64,000 nt of DNA. Origin: the human T2T-CHM13v2.0 reference genome, Homo sapiens. The position numbers were made by a program, and so were the translations under genes. The stretch's first letter is position 1, and every line of letters starts with the position of its first letter. Below the pieces are notes generated by a model, which was not told the origin of the DNA, searched no databases, and saw nothing but the letters and a program-made list of their open reading frames with translations. Of this stretch, positions 42,118 through 54,944 are shown in pieces. The stretch is from NCBI RefSeq assembly GCF_009914755.1, contig NC_060934.1; one strand, written 5' to 3'.

Positions 42118-42979
42118 TCCTAGATAATTAAATATGAATTTGGGCGAGCCAGTTAATGCCCAAGGGAGATATTGAAGGGACATGCAGTTATCCTCTTGCT
42201 TTATCTCTAATTTTTTTAATTTATCTTTCTTAAGAGCACTAAAATGGGAATGGAGCCTCCTGGATTTGCCGATACAGTGTCTTGCCTGCCTCTCATCTAC
42301 ATAGATACAGTGGAGCCTTCATGTTTATTCAGATGGACCACTTCCTCTCTCTGCCTAATCTTATTAGAATTGATGGGAACACCGCTGGCACCTGACCCAG
42401 TCTCCAAATTTACAATGGTGCTGATTCCTGCCTCAAGCTGGTTGCTGTCTTGAGTGGAAGAGGTATAACCTCTAGAGCTGAGTTTCTTCTGCCTCACTTG
42501 GAAGCGAGGCCTTTGAGGTCAGAAGGAAGTCTAGTTCACCACTCACTGTGTCTCTGCACCTCTATTTCATTATCTATACTGTGAAGATAATAATGTACCT
42601 ACTTCATGGGGCTGTTACATAGTTTAAATGTGGTACTGCACTGTGTGTAAAGCACCTGGCTTGGAGCAAAGTACGTGCACTGTAAATATTACTTCTCTTG
42701 TCTTTAGGATTCCTCCCTGGTTCTCATCTCCGGTAACTTCAATGCTAAGTGGCTTTAGCATTGACACAGGAATTATGCTGATAGCACAGCTCTGCCTTCC
42801 CTTTGCTTGGGTTCAATGCCCTTTCTCCTCCATGCTGCTGTTTTATTTCATTGTTGATGTCTAACCTTTGACTTTCATTCACATTACCTCTAATAACTTT
42901 GTGCTTTATGGGGGAGTAAATGTGCTATCTGCTCTATTTGCTTTTGTGAGCGAGAAAGAGTAGGTGAGTTTTAAGGACA

Positions 42980-43170
42980 AACACTGATTGAGCAGTCTTG
43001 TGGCTGGGGGCTTTACATAGGCCGTCTTTAATCCGAACAACCATCCATTTTTAGGGACACCATTATCCCTGTTTTATAGATGAGGAAACTGAGGCTCAGG
43101 GAGGCTTTAGTTGCTGGCCAAAGATTGTCCTGTTATGAGGGCTGGGATTCCAACCCAGGCCTGACCAACT
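42980..43170 (-). mobile_element. MIR SINE
   Basis: attatccctgttttatagatgaggaaactgaggctcagggagg...gctgggattccaacccagg. Confidence 0.85.
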
Positions 43171-43779
43171 CTAAAGATAATGAATGATTTCATCCATTAT
43201 GAAGGAACAATTTAAAGTGCTCTTCATTTGGCTGAAATTTTGCCTCTTAGTTGCTTCTCTTTTTTTGGCAAAACTGATCCTCTGTGGCCCAAATGAGGAA
43301 AAAAACAACCATTTCCCAGTGACTAAAATTAAACAAGAAGCTTTTAGGATGATGCGCTCAAACACTTCAGCAGCTTATATCCCATTTTGCATTCTTGAGC
43401 AAGTCAGTAGGCAATGTCTCCACTGTGGATTTCTCACTTCTCTGGAAGTGATTTTCTGTATTCTCACCAGGCTCCGCTCTGATCATGACAAGAATTCAGA
43501 AGCCAGAGTCACATAAAAGCACGATGCATAGCCAGATCATTCCAGAAGGTTTATGTCCATGTCCATCAAAATGTGGCTTTACTCCTTGAACAGAATATGT
43601 CTGCATGTCTGCTCACAAGAAAAGCATATCTTATGACAGCTGGGACCAGCCACTGCCGTAACTTGAAGAAACAACAGGATAGGGAAAAGACGAGATGAAC
43701 TTTCTGTAGATACTTATTTTTAGCTGCTGGGCATCATAATATCCTACCTATTTTTAAGAAATATGGTAGGTTGAAGTCA

Positions 43780-44230
43780 CTGCTCCTCTTCCCCCTATCC
43801 CTATTACAGATCTTGCTCCACATCCCAGTTCCATGGCAGGTATGTCATGTGACATACACATACACATGTAGCATAAACTGGCCAATCAGATTCTCCCACC
43901 AAGGATTTTGAATTTCAAGAATGTGATACATCTGTACAGCAGCAGTTAGAGATTAATCCTGATAGCTTTGCTGGAGTTTAAAGTCTATCAGCAGAGGGGC
44001 AAATATCCAGGAGTATCAAGACTGGTGGCAGCAGTTCAAAAAGACTATTCCTGTCAAAGGATCTTGATGGTGCCCAACCTCCTTTGGATTCTGCCCATTT
44101 TCTGAGCTTGGTTCTCCAGGATCTTATCACTATTCTGAGTTTTCCAATAGTTTTATAGGAAATTCTTGTTGTACTTAAGCTAGCCTGATTTGGTTCCCAC
44201 AGTTGGCAACTGAGTACCCTGAATGATGTA
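43780..44230 (+). mobile_element. Old MaLR/ERVL-type LTR
   Basis: ctggccaatcagattctccc...ggattttgaatt...cttaagctagcctgatttggttccc..gttggcaactgagtaccctgaatgat resembles an MLT1K/L-type 3' end. Confidence 0.55.
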
Positions 44231-45626
44231 CTTCTCAATGTCCACCTGCAAGACCTGGGCCCCTGGGCGTATTACCATTCTCATTCAAAGGAGATTCCTT
44301 CAAAAGAGGCTGTCAGCATTTCCATTAAGTTGGAAGAAAAAGACAAAAAGCCTCAGAACTTTATATATATTTAGAACCTTGGCACCAAGCAGTTATTTTG
44401 GTCATCACTTTAATTTTGCTAATCTACTAATCCAAGGGAGGTGTGCATACAGGAGTCCAGACGAGGACTTTTCCTCCTGCCTGTCATCAATAATCTCGTA
44501 TCAATGCCTAGCTTATTTCTTTCATAGGAATAGAAGATTTGAGAAACACATTGGGTCAAAGTCTGCTGTTATATTCATTAAATAAATAAGCTGAAACCCA
44601 GGTTCTTAGTGCTTGCTTTTGTTCCAGCCTGTCCTAGATGTCTTAGTTTCATCCTAGTCACAAAGTGATAAAGGAAACTGACATTTATTGGTCATCTGCA
44701 CCACTGAATTCATTCCTTAAATCTGCATGGTGAGGTAAGTATACCCATTTCTTAGTGGAGGAAAGAGGCTAATACAGATGAAAGAACTTGCTCAACCACG
44801 GTGCTGATAACTGTGCAGCCAGGATTAAAAGTAACTCCAAAATCCATGCACTGTCCACTCTCCCAGTTTTGGGAAAACTGAGGCCTCTGTTGCTGATAAA
44901 TTCAACTACAGATGAGACTATCCTGGCCAAAAGGAAGAATCTACTTTTGCCAAATAATGCATGGAATTATTTTAATTAAACTACATTTCATTTTAAAAGA
45001 ATTATTTTAATGGTTATACAGAATGCCTAACACATAGTAGGTAGTAAAAAAATATTGAATTAGATTAAATGATTTCTGACTTGTTAAGAGGGAAAATAAT
45101 AATAGATGTAGAAATAAATAATCCAGGCTTGTGTGTGGTATTTTCCACATTTTTCAGTTTGTTTTGTTGCTTGGCAAAAATAAAAGTCCAAATTCTTTCT
45201 GGGATGTTTCATAACTGATAGATGAAGTTGGCCTAATTTTTGATCCATAGAGAGCGATTCGAAATACCAATAGCCTCAGGGTTACATTTCCCAACTTTTG
45301 TTGTGGAAATATTTAGTCAGCTAATAATCTCTCTCCTGCTGATGACTTTGGCACGAACTGCACCCCTTGTTTTTAAAGAAACACAAAAACAATCCTCAAG
45401 AAGGATTCATACCTGTCTGAAGCTCTGGAAGAGCTAGAATGACGATGATGTGGAATAACATGCAGGAGGGAACTTAAATTCCTTGCTAAATATAATTAAA
45501 GCAAAAAAAAATTTATAAAAGAACCTGTAAACACAAGAATGTGCATGCATGATATGAATAAATTAAGCAGAAAGAAAATTCATGTACAGAGACCCAAAGG
45601 ACTGGTTAAAACATTTTATTAAACTT

Positions 45627-45747
45627 ATTCTTTTTTGGAGTCTTGCTATGTTGCCCAAGCTGGCTTCAAATTCCCAGGTTCAAGCATTCCTCCCACCTCA
45701 ATCTGCCATCTAGCTGGGATTATAGGTATGCAATGCCATAGCCAGCC
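45627..45747 (-). mobile_element. Free left Alu monomer (FLAM)
   Basis: gagtcttgctatgttgcccaagctgg...ttcaagcattcctcccacctca...gctgggattataggt...ccagcc; single arm only. Confidence 0.85.
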
Positions 45748-45959
45748 TGGAAATTTTAAAAACGTGATCTCTGCCAGGTAGTGTCAAAATGGCTTAAAGA
45801 AACTTCTATTTGAGGTCAGCCCCATTTATCCATTCATCCATCCATCCATCCATCCTGAATACATACTGAACTTCCATTGAGGAGAACAGGAAGAGGTGAA
45901 GACCGGCTGTTCCCCTTGCGGAGCTTGATGGAAGTAACACAATTTATTCTTTGTATTTC

Positions 45960-46190
45960 TTTAGCTAATGTTTATTTAGCATTTACTATGCAACATGCAC
46001 TATGCTTAAACAGCAGGAAAAAATCCCATTCAACTTTCACAACTACTCCATGAAAATACTGTTATCCCCATTTTCCTTCCAAGAAGCTAAGGTACAGAAA
46101 AGTTACATAATGTATACATATACAATGAGCTAATGAGTCCAAGTCCATCTGATTCCAAAATCAAGGGCACACTTTTAAGAACTTTGCTAT
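45960..46190 (-). mobile_element. MIR SINE
   Basis: gctaatgtttatttagcatttactatg...tttcacaactactccatga...ttatccccatttt...gctaaggtacagaaaagtta...catctgattccaaa. Confidence 0.7.
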
Positions 46191-46299
46191 AATGTCAGTT
46201 TATAGAGGCACAAAATCAGAACATGAACTAGGTTCTATATCTGGCAAATAGTGATAGTTATATTTTTAGAATGTGAAAATTACAATCCTTATAAGATGC

Positions 46300-46303
46300 G
46301 TGT

Positions 46304-46337
<34 letters not shown>
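46300..46337. repeat. (TG)n microsatellite
   Basis: Interrupted (TG) run, about 14 perfect units. Confidence 0.92.
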
Positions 46338-46342
<5 letters not shown>

Positions 46343-46734
46343 CTGAAGGATTAGTGTAAACTCTTGGAGAGAGGATTAAGGAGGAAAAAAATATGGATCA
46401 AGAAATGCTTTATGAATTCTTGGCAGTAAATTTGATCCTTAAAAAAATGGATACAAGGAGAGTATCTGGTAAAAGAGAACAGTATAAGCAAAAGTGTGGA
46501 GAGAAAAATGTGTTCTAAGAGCTTATGAAGAAGAGGGCCATCCAGACAGTATTATTGAAGAACCTGTCTTGCACCCAAATAGATCTTCTTTGGTTGCTAA
46601 AGTCTAAACTTCCACCATTTGAGAAATATTCCTTTTTGACATTAGAGTTTTCAGTTTTTATTCTGTCAACATGAGTGTCCTATTAAACACCAGAACTCCT
46701 GGGAGGGGTAATTAACTAAGCAATTTGTTCTCAA

Positions 46735-47240
46735 CTATGAAATTAGAATCCTGGCAGGAAAAAGATAGCATGTTGACGTTCTTATTCAGGGACTATCTCA
46801 AAGATATGGACAACATTAAAGGGGACCAACAAGGGCTGGTTAAGAATCCCAGGGAATAGCAACAGGAAGGCTTCCATCCCACCTTCCTCCTCCTCTGGTG
46901 GGGCGGGAACCATTCCTGGATCCCCAAGAGAGCTGTAGATGCAACTCAGGTTGCAGATATGGAAACAGGATGCCCATCAGGAGTTGAGTGGACTTTGAAA
47001 GGGGAAGCCAGGCCAGCAGAGAAAGAGATGAAAACAAATACATTAACCTCTTTTTTCCCCCTCTGCCTTCCCATATGCTGATGGTGTCTCCCACTGGTCA
47101 GACCCAACAGGAAGCCAGAGGGCAAAGGCATGCAGCTGAAGCAGTGAAAAAAGGGGGCCCTCCCAGGGCAAAAGCAGGCTGGGGAAGGGTGGGGAGAAGA
47201 CCTGGAAAGGCAAATGGAGAATGGCCCGCCCAAGGACTTA
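46735..47240 (-). mobile_element. ERVL LTR (LTR33-like)
   Basis: tcctggcaggaaaagatagca...cccactggtcagacccaacaggaagccagagggcaaagg...gcaggctggggaagggtggggag...ggcaaatggaga. Confidence 0.7.
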
Positions 47241-47996
47241 CAGTGGTCAGGTGGGACATAGGTCATCCGTCACTAATTGCATTTAAAGTAATGACCTTGC
47301 AAATTAATTTATTTTAGTTTTGTAAATGAAGGCAGTATTCAACATCATCCCTTGCAATAGCTTTCTCTAACTCATTTAAATTTAGATTGTCTTTTAAGTT
47401 TGTGAGAGAAAAGGGCAGTGGTATACCCGGTGGGCTGGGGATTATCCATGACCCTTCATGCACTCAGCAGTGTGTCTGACATGAGTGGCATCCATCATGT
47501 GTGTTGTGTGGAGAGAAGTGGAGGATCATTGCTTTGAGTCAACCAGCCAGCCTATGGTAGGAATTGATAGTTGATCAGACCTCTTTCCCACTAGTGATGG
47601 AGGAAGGAAGGGAGAGTGATGTAGCAGGAAGAAGTGTGTGTGATCAGAACACTGGGAAAGGGAGTAGGGGCAGAAAGAAGGGGCAAAATTAAAAACACGA
47701 CAGTGATAAGATTTTGCCTAGAGTTGGCCCTGTTAGGGTAAGAAGCCTCATTCCTCTATGACCAAAGCACATGAAGCCAGTTGTAAACAGATGTGAAGAG
47801 TAGCATCTAGCATCATGTCTTCTCTGTTTGGGGACAGGGGGTGATTATACACACACACACACCCCTCAGAGTCAATTTTTAAAGCAGTACAGTAATCAAT
47901 CCAAGTTGGTGTTGTAAATGGAAGGCAGAGAGAGGGTTGTTTGGGAAACACTTATCTCCCTTATCTCAGAGTGACACAGAGAATGTGCAGGAGTGG

Positions 47997-48024
47997 TGTG
48001 TGTGTGTGTGTGTGTGTCTGTGTG
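47997..48024. repeat. (TG)n microsatellite
   Basis: About 10 TG units plus an interrupted tail. Confidence 0.9.
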
Positions 48025-49639
48025 CTAGAGAATTTGGGAGATGGAAGCTCAAAAGTGCTGTTTTCATGCTTATAATTTTCTATTTCCCCATTAAAAAATT
48101 GGCTCTTATATGTCATTACTGGCTGGATATTAAGTGTCTTCTTGAGGCGATTTTGAGACTTTCTTTTTCTGCATGCTCATGCACGCATACACACACACAT
48201 GCACAAACACACAGTTAGATGCATGGTTGCATGCATAATAAAACTTGAAAACTTAACTGCAGCACACTGCATAAATTAAATAAGGCAAACATATCCTTGG
48301 CAAGACTTGAAGTAAATGCTAGAGTTTTCCCAGCAATAAGTAGTTCCATAATAACAGAAGTGAAAAGAAAATAAACTAAAATTTCTAAGTCCATCTTAGT
48401 TACATGGAAAGTCCACTAAAGTTTTCTTAAGAAGCTGATGCCAAACTCCTAAAAATCAACTCTGGATTCCAAAGGTCGACTTTCCATCCCAAGTCATTAC
48501 TTACTGGTGCAGGATTTCTATTATCCATGTTGAGCCATGGCTTATAGATAAATAAGGAATTTAGAATACAGCATTTGAATTCATTAAGCTGCTTCCAGTA
48601 AGTAATTTGAAACTCTGAGAAATGCCAAAAACATAATTACTAATCCAAATAGCCCTTTTTATCTGAATAAGTAAAAATGGAGATCAATATCTGGTTAATG
48701 GAGATCATTTCCTATTATATTTTTAATGTTGTGATATGGACTGTAACGGTTGCTTTATATCGTTACATTGTCACTGTCATTGGAAACATCCTGTAAAGAA
48801 GGGCAGATGATTTACTTGAAATGTACTAGCAAGAGAGATGTCATCTTCTTCTGCAAATACTGGGCTTAAAACTTGGGTAACTCACTGGAGACTGTTGAGT
48901 CTCTCCCTGGATTTTCCTGAGGTTTTCATCCAAATGCAAATGATTCCAGGAGGCTCTCTCCATAGGAAAGAGGCCTAGAGAATTCCTCAGGACTTCAGGA
49001 TAAAACAACAAATTAAATAAACATTCTTACTATATCTCTTGCTTAAACTTATACTGTGATCACACCAATTTTGATTCACACATTCCCCAATTTCTTCAGA
49101 ATAGGAATAATTTTGTCCCCTCCAGACAACTTGTGGAGTTCTTACAAGACCCAGAAAGACCCGAAGTGCACTTCAAAATCTCAGGAACCACTGGAAGGGC
49201 AGTGGGTCAAAGGAGTCAGGGTCTGCAAACACTGTGTGAATCAAACCTGGCTCCACACCTTCCCCATCAAGGTCACCTGTCCCCAGTAACCCAAGCTCAA
49301 AACTTGAGGCTGCCTTGATTTCTGCTCATCCTCCTTCAAAGGAACTTAGTTCTCAAGTCCTTATCACTGCATGCCACAGCTTGCAGTTGATCTCAACAGG
49401 TGAGCCATGGCATGCCAGGGAAGCGCTGGTTGAGTGTCCAGCACTGGTTGGTTGTCCAATTAACTCTTATTCCATTTCCCTTCTCTGCTAGCAGAAGCCA
49501 TCTCCCGCTCTAGAGGCTGAACATGCCAGGCCTGGCTTTCTCAGTTTCCCTTGTAGCTAAGGCATGGCAATGAGACCCAGCCCTAGCCAATGGATCAAGT
49601 CTCTTAGGAGAACTCTGGTAAAGGTTTTCTCCTCCCAAT

Positions 49640-50355
49640 ATGAAGAGATGCACCATGCATACTTAAGAATGGTTAAAAATAAAAGGACTGACAATACTAA
49701 ACATTGGAGAGGATGGGGAGCAACCAGACGTTTTCCACATTGCTGATCACAGTGTAAAAAGATCCAAACACTTTGGAAAACAGTTTGCTAGTTTTATACA
49801 AAGTTGAGTACATACTATTTGATCCAGCAACTTCGCTCCTAGGTATTTAGTCAAGAGAAATTAAAACACATGACTATGAAATGTTGCACATGAATACTCA
49901 AAGCAGAGCATATTCATAATAGCCCCACACTGGAAACCCAAATGCACACCAACAGTGAATGGATAAACAAATTGCAGTTTTCTCATAAAAGAGAATACGA
50001 AGCATGAATAAAGAAGAATGAAAGACTGATACATGCAATATCATGGATGAATCTCATAAACTTGCTGAATGAAAGAAGGTAGACACAAAAGTATAGTAAA
50101 TGTCACATTTCCATAAAATTATAAAAAAGGCAAATCTACAGTGACAGAAAGTCAATAGGTGGTTGCCTAATAGCTGGAGGTAGGAGGGAGTATTGGCAGT
50201 AAGAGTGGGCACAGGGAACTTTTGGGGTTGATAGCAATGTTTTGTATCTTGATTATCTTATTACATGGATGTACACATTATTGAACTATACACTTATTAT
50301 AGGTACATTTATTGTCTATAAATTTTATCTTAATAACATTGATTTTTTAAAAAAG
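49640..50355 (+). mobile_element. L1ME/MD-like 3' end
   Basis: agaatggttaaaaataaaaggactgacaatactaaacattggagaggatggggagcaac...tttgatccagcaacttcgctcctaggtattt...catggatgaatctc...ggaactttttgggg. Confidence 0.88.
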
Positions 50356-50609
50356 AGAGATAAATAAACAAATAAGACCACCAAAGCCTCAGAACTGTGA
50401 AACTGGGTTTCAGAGGTGGTTTGAAATATTGTTGAATTTTGCATTGAAGTATATTTAATGGTTCAATTTCAGAATAACATATTATCAATAAGACCCATTA
50501 TTTCTGAGATTTCTTTTAATTTTTTTTATGCTTGAGCTCTTATTATATGCTGAACTCTCTCTCTCTCCTTTAATCCTTACTGTCTGAGGTAAGGATTACT
50601 TCAATGATG

Positions 50610-51070
50610 ATTATATCAGCTAAAAAACAGGAATTGCTTTAGAACTTTTGAGCATGAAGAATTTTATTCAGGAAATTGGTTATAGCTCAGTGAGGGAGCT
50701 GAGAAGGCAAAAAGGGTCAGTGAGACAACCCAGAGATTAGCAGTAGCAGGAAGCTGCTACTCCCTCTGGGGCTGGAGGCAGAATTCAGAAGCAAGACATG
50801 CTGAGAGAGGGGCCACCCTGCATAAGTTGGAACTCTGGAAGAGATACTGCTATTGTCAGAGGCACAACAGGAAGTGGAGAGAGTGGGAGAAAAACCTTGA
50901 CATGTCTCTGACTCCCACCCTTCCGCCTTTCACCAGTGTGTCCCATGGGTTAGACCAGCCCAGGAGCCAGAAAGCAAGGGAGCCTGGAAAATGTGGTTCT
51001 CTTCGACACAGAGCAAAGCAGAAGGACGGAGAATGAATCCATTGAGGGCAAATAGATATTGACCAACACA
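50610..51070 (-). mobile_element. ERVL LTR (LTR33/LTR41-like)
   Basis: acccagagattagcagtagcaggaagctgctact...tctcccatgg...gagccagaaagcaagggagcctggaaaatgtggttc...gagggcaaatag. Confidence 0.6.
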
Positions 51071-51430
51071 AGTGTCTTTGTTTTATCAACTTCCTTGACT
51101 TCCTCTGTGACTGCCACCTCAACAGTTCCCTCCAAAATAGAGGCAAACTGGCAAATAGACCCTGTAAGAGGAGCAATAGCTCAAGTTGCTGTTTTTAGCT
51201 TCCCTCCCTTTAATCCTAAAGAAGAGAAGAGATTCGAACTAAGGCAATACAAGCAGGCTGACACTTATCTCTCAGTGGCTTTACTGCGGTGGAATATACC
51301 AGCCAATTCACCCAGGAATCCACCAGATGACACATTGCAAAGTAAGACATGCATTAGGCATCAGGTTTAGGTATTTTCCCAAAGGCAATGTTCAAGCATT
51401 ATGAGAGTGATGAGGGCACAAATAGAGGCA

Positions 51431-51774
51431 TGTTACAGACTGAGTTGTGTCCTCCCTCAAATTCATATGTTAAAGTCAAGAGAGGCACTTTAAGGAGATA
51501 ATTAAGGTTAAATGAGGACAAGGGTGGGCCCTTAATGCAATAGGGCAGATGAAGAGGAAGAGACATGACATTAAGGACACATGTGCACAGAGAAAAGGCC
51601 GTGTAAGAACACAGGGAGAAGGAGGTCATCTTCGAGCCAAGGAGAGAGGCCTCAAGAGAAACCAAACCTGCCAACACCTTGGGCTTGCACTAAAGTCCCC
51701 AGACTTTAAATTTCTTCTGTTTAAGCCACCTGATATGTGGCATGTTGTTATGGCAGACCTAGCAGATTAATACA
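51431..51774 (+). mobile_element. MaLR solo LTR (MLT1A0-like)
   Basis: TG...CA termini: tgttacagactgagttgtgtcc...aaattcatatgtt...ggagagaggcctca...ctgtttaagccacc...gttatggcagacctagcagattaataca. Confidence 0.9.
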
Positions 51775-52861
51775 AGGTACTGAGCACAATACATCTAACA
51801 AGAGTCAATGCTTATTGCTGTTTTCAAAGACGATTCTAGGAGGTCGCGCATAGTCAACTACCTATGCCCTGAAATTATTTACCAGGCAACCAGTTTGTTT
51901 CCATAGTCAGGGATGAGGCTTAAACACATACCCATGGGAGAAAATCATAGCAATGATCCAAATTTGTACATAGATATAAATGATCTTCTTGAGAGTGACT
52001 TGTAAGCAGTGGGGAAAAGAAAGAATGAAGCAACTGGGTATTCAAAACAGAAGCGGTTTCAAAGAGGTGTGTGGGGAGGTGGGGGAGGGAATTGAGGACA
52101 CTGAAAATAAAATTTTCCAAGTTTACAAATTTACCATGTTGGCCTGGCTGAAGTCATGGTTAAGAATTTTTTTTTCCTCTTTATAGCTGTGATTTTTGTT
52201 CAATACCATATATGGCAGCAGATCAGCAAGCTATTTTTTGACATGTTTCTTTCTCCAGACCATTTTACATAGAAAGTTACTAAAATAGTCCAATTTGGAT
52301 GTTTTTTTCTTAATCTTACAATTCTTGATCAAACAGGACACAACAGTTCTGTGTCAATATAATTATGAGAATATTATTTTAATGAAGAAGCTTAAAATGA
52401 TGTCCAAATAGACCAACAATGCTCAGATAGGCTATGACGGTTTGGGGATTTTAAGAGCTTCTGTGTGATTGCTTTTGAGGAAAGCAGTTTTAAGAAGCAA
52501 ATTAATATTCTGCAATCAGCATTGCTCTCCGGTCCTCCCAGGGTCTGAGCAGCAATTCAGGATCTGCTTCGGATGAACAGTTTCACATTTTTCCCTGGAG
52601 ACCAACCCAAGTCCTGTAAGTCACAAGTGAACTCCATAAACACAGTTTTCCCTGTAGAATCAGAGAGGGAGTGTGTTGGGATCTGAAAGAGAAGCAGGGT
52701 TTTCTGGGGAAGGTTATCTTAGGAGGATGCAAAGGACAAAACTGTAGCAAGGCTTGAAGCCCTATTGAAGAGAAATCTATGTGCAAAAGCACTAGGTTAC
52801 TTCCACCTCCAGAAACCAAACTCAGGAGAGTTTCTGATGCAATTCGTCAGTAGCTTTTGGA

Positions 52862-53025
52862 GCCTTGCTACTCAACGTGTAGTTCCAGATCAGCAGTATC
52901 AGCAAACCTGGGAGCTCATTAGAAATACAGACCCCCAGACCTATCAAATCAGAATCTGCATTTCAACAAGATCCTCAGATGACTTCTATGCCCATGGAAT
53001 TTTGAGATGCAATTCTCTAAAGTAT
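52862..53025. mobile_element. MER5A1-like DNA transposon
   Basis: cttgctactcaacgtgtagttcc...cagcagtatcagca...cctgggagctcattagaaat...atcagaatctgcatttcaacaagatcc. Confidence 0.85.
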
Positions 53026-53580
53026 TGTTCAGCCAGATGGATGTGAAAGGCATTGAATCATTCTGCCAGGGCTTGATTGTACACGCAAGGCTTTCATTCC
53101 CATCATGAAGAATAAAGCTGAGGGGAAAAGACACAGAGAACAGAAACAGGATTGAGGTTGTCTCACACCCAACAACTCTCACCCTCCACCTGTGCCAGGC
53201 CATCTTTCAGAAGCAGCAGTGAACAGAACCTACTGAAGTTGCAGTGGCATGCCTAGACTATGGGGCAAGGGCTCCCTCGCTGCCACTGAAGCTGTTGTCA
53301 GAAAATGCACCACTCTCAGAAACTGGTGCAGGGTTCACAGAGTTCTTTCTTCTCCCTTTCCACTCCTGTTTCTCTGGTCTCCCCTGTGCCTGCAAGAGGT
53401 GAGTACCAATTAGTTGCTGTTTCCACCCCATATTTAAAACCCAACACCAAACAGGTTGCCACTGCTGTTGGCGAGGTCACTCTCAGTGCTAGGAAACTTG
53501 AAGTAATGAGCTAAAACTGTCAAGTAAATTAATAGATTCCAGACTTGATGTGATCACCACTTGGAAATCTAGTACCATTT

Positions 53581-53931
53581 TGCTATAGTTTAAATGAGTC
53601 TTCCCAAAATTCATATGTTGAAGCCTCAATGTGATTGTATTTAGAGATAGGGCATTTAAGAGGTAAAGATAAGTAAGACAATAAGGGTTGAGTAATGATC
53701 TTATAGGATTGGTGACCTTATAAGAAGAGGAATAGACAGAAATCTCTATCTCCATGTGCACTTTCTGAGGAAAGACCATACGAACACACAGTGAGAAGAA
53801 GGCTGTTTGCAAGCCAGGAAGAGAGTCCTCACCAGAAACTCATTTTGTGGCACCCTAGTCTCACACTTCCAGCCCCCAGAATTGTGAAACAAGAAATTGT
53901 TGTCATTTAAGTAGCCTGAGAAAACAAAGAC
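53581..53931 (+). mobile_element. MaLR solo LTR (MLT1A-like)
   Basis: tgctatagtttaaatg...ccaaaattcatatgttgaagcc...tgcaagccaggaagagagtcctcaccagaa...cttccagcccccagaattgtga...aagaca. Confidence 0.88.
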
Positions 53932-54206
53932 ATATTCCCCCAAGAAAAAGGACTGTTGGAGCCTAGATTCCTGATGAGAAAAGAAATGGTTCTGAATTTA
54001 AAGCTTATCTGCTGACCTTGGGAGGGTTAACTTTTTGCTAATGACCTGTTGCTATGTATAACTTCTGAAGAAATGTCTATTATGTTCAATAGGAGTATAT
54101 ACTACTTATCCTTTTTATTACTTGCCAAAACTCACACACTAGGGGGAGGAAGGATGTATTGACACTTGCATTGCAGATGAAGTAACAACACACACACTAG
54201 TCCATT

Positions 54207-54316
54207 TAGGGTCTAAAGTCTGATTTTTCCAGGACTGAGAGGCTTTCTGGGACATGGAACTTTCAATGCTAAAACCAGAAAAGTCCTGGGCAAACCAGGA
54301 CAAGTTGATTATCCTA
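54207..54316. mobile_element. MER81-like (hAT-Blackjack) miniature element
   Basis: tagggt...ggactgagaggctttctgggacatggaactttcaatgctaaaaccagaaaagtcctgggcaaaccaggacaagttg...cta, 110 bp. Confidence 0.8.
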
Positions 54317-54794
54317 AATGGGCTAAGTTTCACCTGTTGGAAGACCAATGGTGACATGTAGTGAGAAAATGGAGCATTTGTTAAAAGGGAATAAGAACCC
54401 TGGACTAGAGCCCTGGTTAATTTTAAGATTGTGTAGCCTTGGGTAAGTTACTTCACCTCTCTAGATCTAATTCTCCTCCCTCAGAGATGAGAGACTAGAT
54501 TATTCCTAAGGGATGTTCCAGTTTGAATATGCTACAGTGTTTGAGTTCTGGGTTATTCTGTCAATTGACAGTTGGGGAGATCCAATTGTATTAATCCACA
54601 AAATAATCTAAGAAGAAGAAGTTTCTGAGCTAGGTGCAAGGATATAACTGTGCCTAAGTTACTGCCTTTATGGAACTTGCTGTTTACTGAGAGCAAGAGA
54701 TGATAAACAAGAATTGATGTGACAAGCGCTGAGAAAGAAATAAGAAAGGGTTGTGATAGACAGTGATTGGACATCTTGTTTTAGCTGACATTGA

Positions 54795-54913
54795 CAAACC
54801 TGGGAGCTCATTAGAAATACAGACCCTCAGACCTATCAACTCAGAATCTGCATTTCAACAAGATCCTCAGATGACTTCTATGTCCATGAAATTTTGAGAT
54901 GGAATCCTCTAAA
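54795..54913. repeat. Second copy of a 119-bp MER5A1 segment (duplicate of 52903-53021)
   Basis: Same orientation, ungapped, 6 mismatches in 119 bp by manual comparison. Confidence 0.93.
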
Positions 54914-54944
54914 AAGCCAAACATGAAAAACTGGGAAAGGATAG

